The position numbers and the translations under genes were made by a program. Positions 9,013 to 18,167 of a stretch of DNA of 64,000 bases are shown in pieces. How positions within the stretch are numbered: position 1 is the first letter of the stretch; every line of letters begins with the position of its first letter. The notes under the pieces are model-generated. The model saw only the letters and a program-made list of their open reading frames with translations, was not told the origin of the DNA and did not search any database. This DNA comes from Gemmatimonadales bacterium (GTDB taxonomy: Bacteria > Gemmatimonadota > Gemmatimonadetes > Gemmatimonadales > GWC2-71-9). The DNA is taken from NCBI GenBank assembly GCA_035280265.1, contig DATEGE010000147.1, positions 7,135 through 71,134 of the forward strand, given 5' to 3'.

Positions 9013-9439
9013 CGGGGTACCGCGTCACCAGACGGTCGATGAGCGCGTCCGCCTTGGCCGCGTCATGCTGATGCGTACGGTAGATCTCGGCCAAGCGGAT
9101 ACCCGCGAGCATGACGCGATGGGCGGAGGAGGCCGCGCCGTCCAGCACGCGCTCGAGCATCGCGGTCTCCTGCTCGATGGTGATACGAGTGTGGCCGGGC
9201 ATGGCGCCACCAGTCAACGCGTTGCCCAAGAATCGGCCGAGCGGCTCGACCACGGATCCGAGAATGAAGTCGAAGAAGCCCCAGGCGCTCCACAACGTGA
9301 GCAGCAACGCGACGAGCCGCCACTCGATCTGCCCGGAGCTGATGAGCACGATGACCAGCACCAGGCTCGCGAGCCCCAGCGCGCCTCCGAGGATGCCGCG
9401 CACCACGGCGCGCAGGCTCGGCGGATCGGCAAAGTCCAC
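8978..9439 (-). CDS. hypothetical membrane protein
   Basis: This is the C-terminal part of ORF 8978..9781, with two hydrophobic segments (ILGGALGLASLVLVIVLISS and LVALLLTLWSAWGFFDFILG). The start is uncertain (GTG 9439 or TTG 9475). Confidence 0.4.
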   Translation of the reverse strand: MDFADPPSLRAVVRGILGGALGLASLVLVIVLISSGQIEWRLVALLLTLWSAWGFFDFILGSVVEPLGRFLGNALTGGAMPGHTRITIEQETAMLERVLDGAASSAHRVMLAGIRLAEIYRTHQHDAAKADALIDRLVTRYPDAPELQYVRLR

Positions 9440-9536
9440 GTTCGGAACGTTAGGGGACCCACCCGGAGGGAGCAAGTTGACAGAGCTCAGTCGTGGACGT
9501 AAACCTACGCTCGCCCTTTCGGTTCGGAGTCCAGCG

Positions 9537-10604
9537 GTGATCGTTCCCCCGTCCCGTCGCGCCTTCATCGCCTCCACGCTGGTGGGAGTGGGGGTGGCCG
9601 CGACCCGCGCGCGCGAGATCCCATTCCCGATGCGACCACCGCGGCCGCTGCCGCCCGCCAGCCGCTGGGCGGCCAAGCCGGTCGCGATCTCGAGCGCCAA
9701 CGGCCTGCGAGCGGTGCAGAAGGCCTTCGACATGTTGATGCAGGGGGCGGACACGCTCGATGCCGTCATCGAGGGCGTCAAGATTCAGGAGCTCGACCCC
9801 AGCGATGACTCGGTGGGTTACGGCGGGCTTCCCAACGCCGAGGGTGTAGTGCAACTCGATGCCTCCTGTATGCACGGACCCACCAAACGCGCGGGAGCGG
9901 TGGGCGCCCTCGAAGGAATCAAGACGCCATCCGAAGTGGCGAAGCTGGTGCTCAAGTACACCAATCACATCTTCCTCGTGGGGGAAGGCGCCAAGCGGTT
10001 CGCGCTGCAGTACGGCTTCAAGGAGGAAGACCTGCTCACGGAGCATTCGCGCGAAGCCTGGTTACACTGGCGCGCCAATCTGAATCCCGACGATGACTAC
10101 CTCGACGTGCCTGAGGCCGAGCACTTGTCGAAGCGCCCGACGGGAACGATCAATTGCGACGCCGTCACGCCCCAAGGGGACATCTCATCCGTGACGACGA
10201 CCAGCGGGCTCGCCTTCAAAATCCCGGGACGCGTCGGCGACAGCCCGATCATCGGAGCCGGCCAGTACACGGACAACGACATCGGCGCGGCGGGGTCGAC
10301 GGGTCGCGGGGAATCGAATATCAAGGTGTGCGGTGGCTTCCTCACCGTGGAGTTCATGCACCGCGGGATGAAACCCACCGACGCGTGTCTGGAGACGCTC
10401 AAGCGCGTGGTGCAGACGACCGAGTCGCGGCTGCTTGGGCCCGATGGGAAGCCAAAGCTCGATCTCACCTTCTACGCCGTGAACAAGCGCGGTGAATTCG
10501 GCGCGGCGTCGTTGTATCCGGGCAGGTATGCCGCGCATGACGGAACCGAGGCGAAGCTGCGCGACACCGCTCATCTCTACGAGCGCTCCGCTGCGAGCCG
10601 GTAG
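9537..10604 (+). CDS. Ntn-hydrolase: glycosylasparaginase / isoaspartyl peptidase, Tat-signal type
   Basis: The in-frame GTG at 9537 gives VIVPPSRRAFIASTLVGVGVAATRA (twin-arginine-like). The core is GYGGLPNAEG...GTINCDAV...FKIPGRVGDSPIIGAGQYTDN...GAAGSTGRGE. Confidence 0.8.
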   Translation: MIVPPSRRAFIASTLVGVGVAATRAREIPFPMRPPRPLPPASRWAAKPVAISSANGLRAVQKAFDMLMQGADTLDAVIEGVKIQELDPSDDSVGYGGLPNAEGVVQLDASCMHGPTKRAGAVGALEGIKTPSEVAKLVLKYTNHIFLVGEGAKRFALQYGFKEEDLLTEHSREAWLHWRANLNPDDDYLDVPEAEHLSKRPTGTINCDAVTPQGDISSVTTTSGLAFKIPGRVGDSPIIGAGQYTDNDIGAAGSTGRGESNIKVCGGFLTVEFMHRGMKPTDACLETLKRVVQTTESRLLGPDGKPKLDLTFYAVNKRGEFGAASLYPGRYAAHDGTEAKLRDTAHLYERSAASR

Positions 10605-11736
10605 CGTCGCGCTGGCGCTGGCCGCCGCCGCCCCCGCCGCCACCGTCCCGCTCGCGGCCCAGACGTTCTGGCGCGGCAACTTCTACCCATACCTCAGCTA
10701 CAGCCCGTCCGTGGGCCTGGCGGTCGCCCTGCACTACGGCCGCTACAGCCCGCTCGGCTTCATCGAGCGGCCGGAGCGGAATCGGGCATCGCTCAGTCTG
10801 GACGCCGGCGCGAGCACCTCGGGCAGCTACCGGGTGGCGGCGGACGCGCAGGCGCCCGCCTGGTGGGACGGTTGGCGGGCCGGGCTCACACTCACCGCCG
10901 CGCGCGACAACCGACTCGGCTACTACGGTATCGGCAACGAAACTCAGTATTCTCGCGACAGCGTCACCAACCGGGGGGCTTACTACTATCGCGTGAGCCG
11001 CAGCCGCCTGGCGGCGCGCGCGACGCTGCAGCGGCGCGTGATCGGGCCGGTTCGCCTACTGCTAGGCGCGACCCTCGCCCGCATCGATTTCCGCGCCCTG
11101 CCGAGCGCCAGCGTCTACGCCGCCGACCTGAGCTCCGGCGTGGTGGACCCCGCGACGGTTCCGTTCACCGACCGGGTGATGCGCGCCGGGGTGGTGTTCG
11201 ACACCCGTGACAGCGAGCTCGATCCACATCGCGGCGCGTTCGTCGAGCTGCTGTTCGCGAGTGGACACGGGTACACCCGCACCACGGCCAACGCGCGGGT
11301 CCAGGTCCGGCCCGTCGCCCCGCTGGTGCTGGCGGCGCGGCTGGCGTCGGAGGGCATGGGCGGCAGCCCGCCGCTCGCGGCGCAGCAGGAGATGGAGTCG
11401 AGTGAGCAGCCGTTCGTGGCCGTGGGCGGGTACCGCTCGCTGCGGGGGTACTACGACGGCCGGTTCACGGGGCGTGGTAAGCTGCTGGGCGGATTCGAGG
11501 CGCGCTACGCGCTCAAGAGCGTCGGGGACGCGATGGAGCTCAAGCTGGTCGGGTTCTACGACGTGGGTCGCGTGTTCGGCCCCGGCGAGGCCGTGCGACT
11601 CACCACGGCGGGGTTGCACCGCAGCGGCGGCGCCGAGGTCGCTCTGCGCCTGCTGCGTAACTCGCTGGTCGTCCTAGGATACGCTCGCGGGAGCGAGGGT
11701 GGGCAGTTCGTGTTCGGGTCGAGCTGGAGCTACTGA
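10528..11736 (+). CDS. outer-membrane beta-barrel protein, Omp85/surface-antigen (D15)-like
   Basis: It has a signal-like AGSVALALAAAAPAATVPLAAQ, the motif GGYRSLRGYYDGRF and a C-terminal aromatic end ...FGSSWSY. The start is uncertain and overlaps the previous gene's end. Confidence 0.55.
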   Translation: MPRMTEPRRSCATPLISTSAPLRAGSVALALAAAAPAATVPLAAQTFWRGNFYPYLSYSPSVGLAVALHYGRYSPLGFIERPERNRASLSLDAGASTSGSYRVAADAQAPAWWDGWRAGLTLTAARDNRLGYYGIGNETQYSRDSVTNRGAYYYRVSRSRLAARATLQRRVIGPVRLLLGATLARIDFRALPSASVYAADLSSGVVDPATVPFTDRVMRAGVVFDTRDSELDPHRGAFVELLFASGHGYTRTTANARVQVRPVAPLVLAARLASEGMGGSPPLAAQQEMESSEQPFVAVGGYRSLRGYYDGRFTGRGKLLGGFEARYALKSVGDAMELKLVGFYDVGRVFGPGEAVRLTTAGLHRSGGAEVALRLLRNSLVVLGYARGSEGGQFVFGSSWSY

Positions 11737-11740
11737 TTCC

Positions 11741-11807
11741 GCGGACAGGGTGGGGCTCCCTACGCGACAAAAAGACGCAGTGGCTCCGGGAGCCCCACCC
11801 TGTCCGC
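11741..11807. terminator. long hairpin between convergent genes
   Basis: GCGGACAGGGTGGGGCTCCC (11741-60) is perfectly complementary to GGGAGCCCCACCCTGTCCGC (11788-807), with a 27-nt A-rich loop. It lies between the stops at 11736 and 11809. Confidence 0.65.
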
Positions 11808-11808
11808 G

Positions 11809-12942
11809 CTAGATCTCCCGGATCTCTATTCCTCGATTCGCCAGTTCGGCCACGTACTCGTTGAACGGCACTGCCGTGTCGGGGGTGTGCACCCCCTTGG
11901 CGGTGATGCGACCGTCGGCCTGCATGAGCCCGGTGATCGCCAGCGAGTACCCGGTGGTCCGCATCATGGCGCTGATACCGTGCGCCTCGTCGGCGTAGTC
12001 GAGCAGTCGCCACGCCGCCCGCGTGCCATTCCGTCCTCGCACTTCGACACGCAGCGCCACCAGGTCACGTCCCTCCGGTTTCGTGAGCTTGGGCGAAACG
12101 ATGGATATGAACGCGTCGCGGGGCACGACCTCCTTGCCCTTTACTCTTACCGGGGTGAGGTCGAGCAGGCCGAGCTCACGCATCGGTCGCATGAGCGCAA
12201 CGTGGCCGGGATAGCGCAAAGTCTTGTACTCCATGGTGCGGATGCGACCCTGGTACGCCCACGGCAGGGTGGAGATGCCGCCGCCGGTGTGGAACGCCTC
12301 GAGCTCTCCCACGGGGGGCGGGAACGCCACGTGCTCGAGCTCGGAGAGGGCATCGACTCGGGTCGGCTTGCCCTCGCGTAGCACCCACGAGGGCGTCGTG
12401 TAGTAGTCGAGCGCTCCCTCCAACGAATAAACGATCTGATAGTTGAGGGGAGGCTCGGGGTGTTGCGGCAGTCCACCCACATAGATCTTGACCGTGTCGG
12501 CGTCGCCCACGCGCCGAATTCCCTCCGCCGCAAGGATGTTCACCATGCCGGGGGCGAGGCCGCAATCGGGAATCACGGAGACGCCGCGACCCTGCGCGTT
12601 CGCGTCCAGCGACTGTTGCTTGAAAACGATCTCGGTGTTGCCGCCCAAATCGGCGCAGTGTACCCCCGAGTCGACGGCGGCGCGCGAGACTGCGAAGTTG
12701 AGATAGTAGGGGGCGGCGTTCTGCACCGCGGTGTGACCGGCCATCGCCGATCGCAGCGCCGTGCCGTCCTGCGCGTCCAGTCGAAGCAGCCTGAGGCGCT
12801 TCCCGACATACGGCTTGAGGAACGCGGGGATGCGCTCGGGCTTCAGGTCGGCGAGCGTCACCCGCTCGACGCCAGGCTGCTGCAGCAGGTCGTATGCGCA
12901 GGCTGACCCCTGCAAACCTGCTCCTAATACCAGCATCCGCAT
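11809..12942 (-). CDS. saccharopine dehydrogenase family oxidoreductase
   Basis: ORF 11809..13011. The likely start is MRMLVLGAGLQGSACAYDL (Rossmann). Length and pattern fit the saccharopine/homospermidine-type dehydrogenases. Confidence 0.7.
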   Translation of the reverse strand: MRMLVLGAGLQGSACAYDLLQQPGVERVTLADLKPERIPAFLKPYVGKRLRLLRLDAQDGTALRSAMAGHTAVQNAAPYYLNFAVSRAAVDSGVHCADLGGNTEIVFKQQSLDANAQGRGVSVIPDCGLAPGMVNILAAEGIRRVGDADTVKIYVGGLPQHPEPPLNYQIVYSLEGALDYYTTPSWVLREGKPTRVDALSELEHVAFPPPVGELEAFHTGGGISTLPWAYQGRIRTMEYKTLRYPGHVALMRPMRELGLLDLTPVRVKGKEVVPRDAFISIVSPKLTKPEGRDLVALRVEVRGRNGTRAAWRLLDYADEAHGISAMMRTTGYSLAITGLMQADGRITAKGVHTPDTAVPFNEYVAELANRGIEIREI

Positions 12943-13085
12943 CAGGCGACCATCCTCCAGATGGAATCGACGGATAATGAGCGGCGGAAAGCTAGCGGGA
13001 CGCCCTGACACCGCGGTACCCCAGAACTCGCCTGCTCGTCAATCACTCCCACGCGGGCCCGACCGGCGCATTAGATTCGCGGCCG

Positions 13086-13682
13086 ATGACCGTCGACCTC
13101 ACGCACCAGCGACTCGTCCGCGCCGCGCTCGAGCTGTTCACCGGGCAGGGGTATCACGAAACCACCACGCCGCAGATCGCCAAAAAGGCCGGGGTGGCGG
13201 AGGGAACGATCTACCGTCACTTCACCGGCAAGCAGCAGTTTCTCAACGAACTGTACCGCGCGGCCGCGCGGTGGGCCGGCAAGCTCGTGAAGGACGCGGA
13301 TGGGCTCAAGGTGGGACCGCGCGAGAAGCTCGCCGAGCTGGGCCGCGCCCTGGTGGCCGGCGCCGCCAGCGATCCGGCGGTCGCCCGGCTCTTCTTCGTT
13401 CAGCGCCACGACGATCTGCTGGACGATGAGAGTCGAAAGACCGCCCGCGACTTCCGGCTCGGCGTCGAAAGCCTGATGGCACAGGGAAAGGCCGATGGCT
13501 CGATCAAGCCGGGCGCCGCCGAGGTGTGGGCCGGCGTGTGGCTCGGCGTCGTGACGCTCGCCATCGAACGGGTGTCGGCAAAGGAGTGGCCGGAGACGCA
13601 CGCCGGGATCAAGTTGACACTGGACGGCGCCTGGGACGCGATCAGTGTCGGACCGTCGGACAGTCGGACCGTCGGACCGTAA
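13086..13682 (+). CDS. TetR family transcriptional regulator
   Basis: The N-terminal HTH is LELFTGQGYHETTTPQIAKKAGVAEGTIYRHF. The last ~12 aa are encoded by an octamer repeat. Confidence 0.85.
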   Translation: MTVDLTHQRLVRAALELFTGQGYHETTTPQIAKKAGVAEGTIYRHFTGKQQFLNELYRAAARWAGKLVKDADGLKVGPREKLAELGRALVAGAASDPAVARLFFVQRHDDLLDDESRKTARDFRLGVESLMAQGKADGSIKPGAAEVWAGVWLGVVTLAIERVSAKEWPETHAGIKLTLDGAWDAISVGPSDSRTVGP

Positions 13683-13723
13683 GCGCCTTACCGTCCGTCA
13701 GTCCGACAGTCCGACGGTCCGAC
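13647..13723. repeat. 77-nt near-palindrome built from GTCSGACN octamers
   Basis: The left arm is GTCGGACC GTCGGACA GTCGGACC GTCGGACC GTAAG. The centre is CGC. The right arm is the reverse complement with 4 mismatches in 37. It contains both convergent stop codons. Confidence 0.8.
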
Positions 13724-14969
13724 GCAGTTCGAAGAGCTCGATCTCCGGCGGCGCGAACACCCGAATCGGCACGCCCACCACGCCGATCCCGCGGCTCACA
13801 TACAACTGGCTGTTTCCCCGCTGGAAGTGCCCCATCACGTACTTGGTGATCAACCGCCCCGCCGACCACCCGATGAACGGCAAGTAGAACTGTCCACCGT
13901 GGATGTGCCCGGCGAGCGTGAGGGGGATGCCGCGCGGTGCGGCCGTGTCCCACGCGCCGGGCCGGTGCGCGAGCAGGACATGGAAGGCGTCGCGCGGGGC
14001 GGCGCGCAGAGCGGCGTCGACGTCGCTCTCTTGGGGGTCATCGACCGTCCAGTTGTGGGGGTCGTCCACGCCCAAGAGCGCCAGCGTGGCGCCGCGCTGC
14101 TCCACCACGTGACACCCGTTCTGGACGAACACCTGGCCCGCGTCCTGGCAGCCGCGGATGACCTCGCGCTCGCCGGTGTAGCGGTCGTGATTGCCCAGCA
14201 CCGTCACGATGCCCAGCGGTGCGGAGAGCTCACGGAAGGCGCGCACGTAGGGGGGGATGTACGCGCGTGAGATGTCGATCATGTCCCCCGTCTGGACGAT
14301 CACGTCGGGGCGCAAGGCATTGGCGCGCGCCACGATCTCTTGCATCCGGTCCTCGCCCAGGTGGACGCCGGCGTGCAGATCCGAGATGTGCAGGATCTTC
14401 AGCCCGTCGAGGCCGGCTGGGAGATCGGGGAACACGAGGGAGCGACGCGTGACCTCGGGGAGGCGATACGCGTTCCAGATGCCCGAGCCCGAAAGGGCGG
14501 CTCCAGCGCCCGCGTAGACGTAGGTGGCGCGGGCCAGGAAGCGGCGGCGTGAAAGAACAGGTGCGTGGTGCGTGGTGCGTAGCTGCTCGAGGTGCGGATC
14601 GGGCGCCCGCCCCGCGGCGGCTGTAACCACGTACCACGCACCACGCACCTGTTGGGCCAGCCACCAGATCCCTTTCCCAAGCAGGTAGACCGCGATCAGC
14701 GCGCAATAGATCCAGCCCAACAGCTGCCACGCGATCCAGGGCCCCGTGAATGGGATCCGCCCCACACCCCACATGCTCCCGCCGAACAGCACACGCCAAG
14801 CGACCAACAGCCACGGCAGATTGAACGCGACGAACACAGCTGCCAACACGCGCCGCGCGAGCTCGGCGCGGCGGGGGTCGCCCGGATCGGGCAGCCGCTC
14901 CCGCAAATACGCGTAGATCAACGGCTGCGGCGCGGCAAACAGGAGAAGGTAGATTAGGCGCGTGACCAC
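13698..14969 (-). CDS. membrane-anchored metallophosphoesterase (COG1408/YkuE-like)
   Basis: Motifs are ILHISDLHAG, VQTGDMID, LGNHD and LAGHIHGGQ. The N-terminal region has several TM helices. The start is uncertain; GTG 14969 overlaps the divergent S41 start. Confidence 0.75.
   Translation of the reverse strand: MVTRLIYLLLFAAPQPLIYAYLRERLPDPGDPRRAELARRVLAAVFVAFNLPWLLVAWRVLFGGSMWGVGRIPFTGPWIAWQLLGWIYCALIAVYLLGKGIWWLAQQVRGAWYVVTAAAGRAPDPHLEQLRTTHHAPVLSRRRFLARATYVYAGAGAALSGSGIWNAYRLPEVTRRSLVFPDLPAGLDGLKILHISDLHAGVHLGEDRMQEIVARANALRPDVIVQTGDMIDISRAYIPPYVRAFRELSAPLGIVTVLGNHDRYTGEREVIRGCQDAGQVFVQNGCHVVEQRGATLALLGVDDPHNWTVDDPQESDVDAALRAAPRDAFHVLLAHRPGAWDTAAPRGIPLTLAGHIHGGQFYLPFIGWSAGRLITKYVMGHFQRGNSQLYVSRGIGVVGVPIRVFAPPEIELFELRRTVGLSD
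14556..14653. repeat. hairpin with GTGCGTG heptamer arms located inside the phosphoesterase ORF
   Basis: AACAGGTGCGTGGTGCGTGGTGCGTA (14556-81) faces CACGTACCACGCACCACGCACCTGTT (14628-53), with a 46-nt loop. It is translated in frame as QQVRGAWYVV...RTTHHAPV. Confidence 0.75.
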
Positions 14970-16287
14970 GGGCTCGAAACTCCTGACGTCTCTCGTGACG
15001 CTATCGCTGGCGGCGCTCGCGCCGGCGCCCGCCCGGCTCGCGGCCCAACAGCTCACGGCCACGGAGCGCGCGGTGGCGGTGGCCGCGGTGTGGGCGGAAG
15101 CGCGGTACAACTTCGCCTACTGGGACCGCGTCCGGGCGGACTGGGACTCCGCACTGGCGGCCAACCTGAGGCTCGCCGCCGAGCCGCAGTCGGACCTGCG
15201 CTTCTACCATCGGCTGCGGCGCCTGGTCGCATTGCTCGGCGACGGCCAGGCGGCGGTCATCGCGCCTCCCTACCTGCGCTCGCGCATCGCCCGCCCGCCA
15301 CTGCGGCTGACCAGCGCCGAGCGCCGCCCCTTCATCCTCGATTACGCCGAGAATGACGAGATGCGGGTGGCGCGGCCGGAGCGATTCGCCGAGATCCTCG
15401 CGGTCCAGGGCATCCCGGCCGAGCTGTGGATCCGTGACTCGGTGCTTCCCACGATCGCCGCTGCCACGTTGGCGGACCGCTGGCAGCGCGCCGTGAGCTG
15501 GATGCTCGAGGGCGAGAAGGGCACATCGCTTCATCTGTTGGTCCGCGTGCCCGGCTCGGAGCAGCGCGGGCTGAGTGTCACCCGCAGCGCGTCGCTCAAC
15601 GATCGCTGGCCGCTCGATCCGTCGGCGTTCGCGACGGAGTCGCTGCCCGGCGCCATCGCCGTCGTGCGGATCGCGTCCCTCGCCGACGAAGACGTGGTGC
15701 GCCAGTTCGATAGAGCCTTTCCGGATTTCGCTCGGGTGCAAGGACTCGTGCTCGACCTACGCAGCGCCGCCACGGGCAAGACCGAATTCGCCTACCAGAT
15801 CCTCGCGCGGCTGAGCGACCGGCCGCTCGCTGCCGTGCGCTGGAGAACACCCCAATATCGCGCGGTGTTCCGGGCCTGGAACCTCGCCGACTCTGCCATC
15901 ACCTGGTACGAGCCGGACGGGGGAACCGTTGCGCCGCGCATCGACCGCCCATCCTACGGGGGACCTATCGCGGTGCTTACGTCCAGCGCAACATCCGGCG
16001 CCGCAGAGGACCTGGTGGCGGCGTTCCATGCCGCGGGTCGGGGCCCGGTGATTGGCGAGCCCACGGCGGGGAGTGCCGGCGACGTCGCGACGTTCACCCT
16101 GCCGAAGAGCTGGAGTGTACAGTTCTCCGTCACGCGTCACCGCTCGCCCGACGGCACGGAGTTCGCGGGGGCGGGCGTGAAGCCGGACGTCCTCGTCAGT
16201 CCGACGGTGAACGACCTGCTGGCGGGGAAGGAGCCGGCGCTTGAGAAGGCTCGGGAATACCTCACCGGCGGCAAAGAGCGGCAATAG
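14962..16287 (+). CDS. S41 family peptidase (tail-specific protease-like), secreted
   Basis: It has a signal peptide, LLTSLVTLSLAALAPAPARLAAQ, and the S41 serine motif VLTSSATSGAAEDLV. Confidence 0.7.
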   Translation: MTTGSKLLTSLVTLSLAALAPAPARLAAQQLTATERAVAVAAVWAEARYNFAYWDRVRADWDSALAANLRLAAEPQSDLRFYHRLRRLVALLGDGQAAVIAPPYLRSRIARPPLRLTSAERRPFILDYAENDEMRVARPERFAEILAVQGIPAELWIRDSVLPTIAAATLADRWQRAVSWMLEGEKGTSLHLLVRVPGSEQRGLSVTRSASLNDRWPLDPSAFATESLPGAIAVVRIASLADEDVVRQFDRAFPDFARVQGLVLDLRSAATGKTEFAYQILARLSDRPLAAVRWRTPQYRAVFRAWNLADSAITWYEPDGGTVAPRIDRPSYGGPIAVLTSSATSGAAEDLVAAFHAAGRGPVIGEPTAGSAGDVATFTLPKSWSVQFSVTRHRSPDGTEFAGAGVKPDVLVSPTVNDLLAGKEPALEKAREYLTGGKERQ

Positions 16288-16321
16288 GGGGCTCTGCCGC
16301 CCCAACCGCCCCCCACGGCCC

Positions 16322-17074
16322 TCAGCGCTCCAATCTCTCCCTGAAGAATCGAATCACGTTCCCCCACGCGCTGTCGGCCACCGCCGGCTTTTCGCGCGTC
16401 CGCAGGAAGGCATGGCCCACGCCCGGATACACCGCGTAGCGGTACTCCTTGTGATAGGTCCGCACCGCCGCGTCCACGTCGTGGAGTCCTGCGTCGATGC
16501 GGGCGTCGTCCTCGGCGTAGACGCCCAAGCCCGCCGCCCGAATGCGCGCGATGGCGGTGGCATCCGGGCCCGGCCCGTAGCACACCACGAACGCCCGCAG
16601 CGACGGGTTGTTCGTCGCATACCGGAAGCTCTGACCGCCACCCCAGCAGAACCCGATCACGCCGACGCGGTCGGGGCGTACCGCCGCGAGCCGCTTCACG
16701 TACGCCGCCGTCGCGTCGAGATCCTGCGTGATCGTGTCGGGCGCGAGTCCCGCGATCAGCTTGCGGGCATCGTCCGGCGACTGCGGCGTCCCCCCGCGGC
16801 GGGACAGTAGATCGGGAGCGATCGCGACGAAGCCGTCCTTGGCGAGCTGCTCCGTCGTTTGGCGGATGAAGTCCGAGATCCCGAAGATTTCGTGGATTAC
16901 CACCACCGCGGGCGCGGCATCCTTGCGCTCGGGGTAGGCGAGGTAGGCCGTGACGGTGTCGCGGCCGGACAGGTACTTCACGTACTCCGCGTGGATGTCG
17001 GCGGACGGACGGGCGGACAGTGACACGCCCGCCAGAGCCGCCACGACGGCACCGAGCCCAGCGAAAGCCCTCAT
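16322..17074 (-). CDS. dienelactone hydrolase family protein, secreted
   Basis: The start MRAFAGLGAVVAALAGVSLSA (ATG 17074) overlaps the upstream stop (ATGA). Motifs are VVVIHEIFGI and GVIGFCWGG (nucleophile elbow). Confidence 0.8.
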   Translation of the reverse strand: MRAFAGLGAVVAALAGVSLSARPSADIHAEYVKYLSGRDTVTAYLAYPERKDAAPAVVVIHEIFGISDFIRQTTEQLAKDGFVAIAPDLLSRRGGTPQSPDDARKLIAGLAPDTITQDLDATAAYVKRLAAVRPDRVGVIGFCWGGGQSFRYATNNPSLRAFVVCYGPGPDATAIARIRAAGLGVYAEDDARIDAGLHDVDAAVRTYHKEYRYAVYPGVGHAFLRTREKPAVADSAWGNVIRFFRERLER

Positions 17075-18108
17075 GTTGATCTCCTTCCGTTCGCGTACAC
17101 GCCATCGAGCGCTGACGCCCCGGCGGGCATCTGGTCGCGGCTGCGCTCCGCCTCCGCCGCAGCGCGCTCGACTTCCGCCGTCATCCGAGCCTCGGTCTCT
17201 TCCAGCTGGCGCACGTCGACGCCCTCGGCCTTGAGATGCTCCTCGTACAGCCCAATCGGATCCCGCTTGCCCCATAGCTGGAACAATTCTGCTGGGAACG
17301 TGGCGCGCGCTTCGCGCTCATCGTGCGTCGCGTGGCCACCCATCCGGAACGTCTCCGCGACGAGCAAGGCCGGGCCCTCGCCGCGACGGCAGCGATCGGC
17401 GGCCAATTTCGTCGCCGCATACGCGTCGAGCACGTTGTTGCCGTCGAACGTCCCGCCCACGATGCCGTAGCTCGCCGCCCAGTCAGGAAAGGCGTGCGCG
17501 AGGTGGTGCTGCTCGAGCCGCGTGCCGAGGGCGACCTGATTGTTCTGGACGATGAAAATCGCGGGGAGCCGCTGCACGGCGGCGAAGTTGGTGCCCTCGT
17601 GGGCCGCGGCGGTCTTGGTGGAGCCGTCGCCCACCCAGGTCAGGGCCACGCGCGACTCGCGCTTCAGCTTGAAGGTCAATGCGATCCCGGCGATCACCGG
17701 CACCATGTCCCCCACGTGGGATATCGGCTGCAGCACGCCGTGCGCCCACGCCCCGACGTGGAGGTCGCGCCCGCCCGACGGAGCGTCGGCGCTACCCAGA
17801 TAGGCACGCAACATGTCGGCAACGGGCAGCCCCAGCTCGCAACAGGCCGCGGCGTTCCGGATCATGGGCGCCACGACGTCGCGGCCGCGCTCGAGCGCCT
17901 GCACCGGCCCTACCGTGACGGCCTCTTCGCCCGTGCCGAGCCACGCCTTCGAGATCACGCCGGTGCGCACCCAGCGCTTGAGCTGCATGTCGTGCAATCG
18001 CGCGCGCAGCAGCCCGGCGTAGAGGGTCAATTTGGCTTCGGTCGAGAGACGGGCCACGACCGCCGCGCGCTCGGGGTGCCGCTCGACCGTGTCACGGAAC
18101 CCGCGCAC
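17071..18108 (-). CDS. TPP-dependent 2-oxoacid dehydrogenase E1 component, alpha subunit
   Basis: It carries the TPP motif WVGDGSTKTAAAHEGTNFAAVQRLPAIFIVQNN, and then RMGGHATHD. No beta subunit gene is adjacent. Confidence 0.8.
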   Translation of the reverse strand: MRGFRDTVERHPERAAVVARLSTEAKLTLYAGLLRARLHDMQLKRWVRTGVISKAWLGTGEEAVTVGPVQALERGRDVVAPMIRNAAACCELGLPVADMLRAYLGSADAPSGGRDLHVGAWAHGVLQPISHVGDMVPVIAGIALTFKLKRESRVALTWVGDGSTKTAAAHEGTNFAAVQRLPAIFIVQNNQVALGTRLEQHHLAHAFPDWAASYGIVGGTFDGNNVLDAYAATKLAADRCRRGEGPALLVAETFRMGGHATHDEREARATFPAELFQLWGKRDPIGLYEEHLKAEGVDVRQLEETEARMTAEVERAAAEAERSRDQMPAGASALDGVYANGRRST

Positions 18109-18167
18109 CAGCGCCTGGTCCGGCTTCCAGTCGACGTACTCGGGTGGATCGAAGGCGGGGACGCGCC

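Noticed and set aside
14520-14560. A twin-arginine-like SRRRFLARATYVYAGAGAAL, considered as the true N-terminus (Tat signal) of the metallophosphoesterase, which would leave the upstream TM region non-coding.
   Set aside because: There is no ATG/GTG/TTG in frame within about 30 codons upstream of the RRR. An N-terminal multi-TM region followed by an RRxFL linker is, as I recall, common in COG1408 phosphoesterases. I kept the long ORF.
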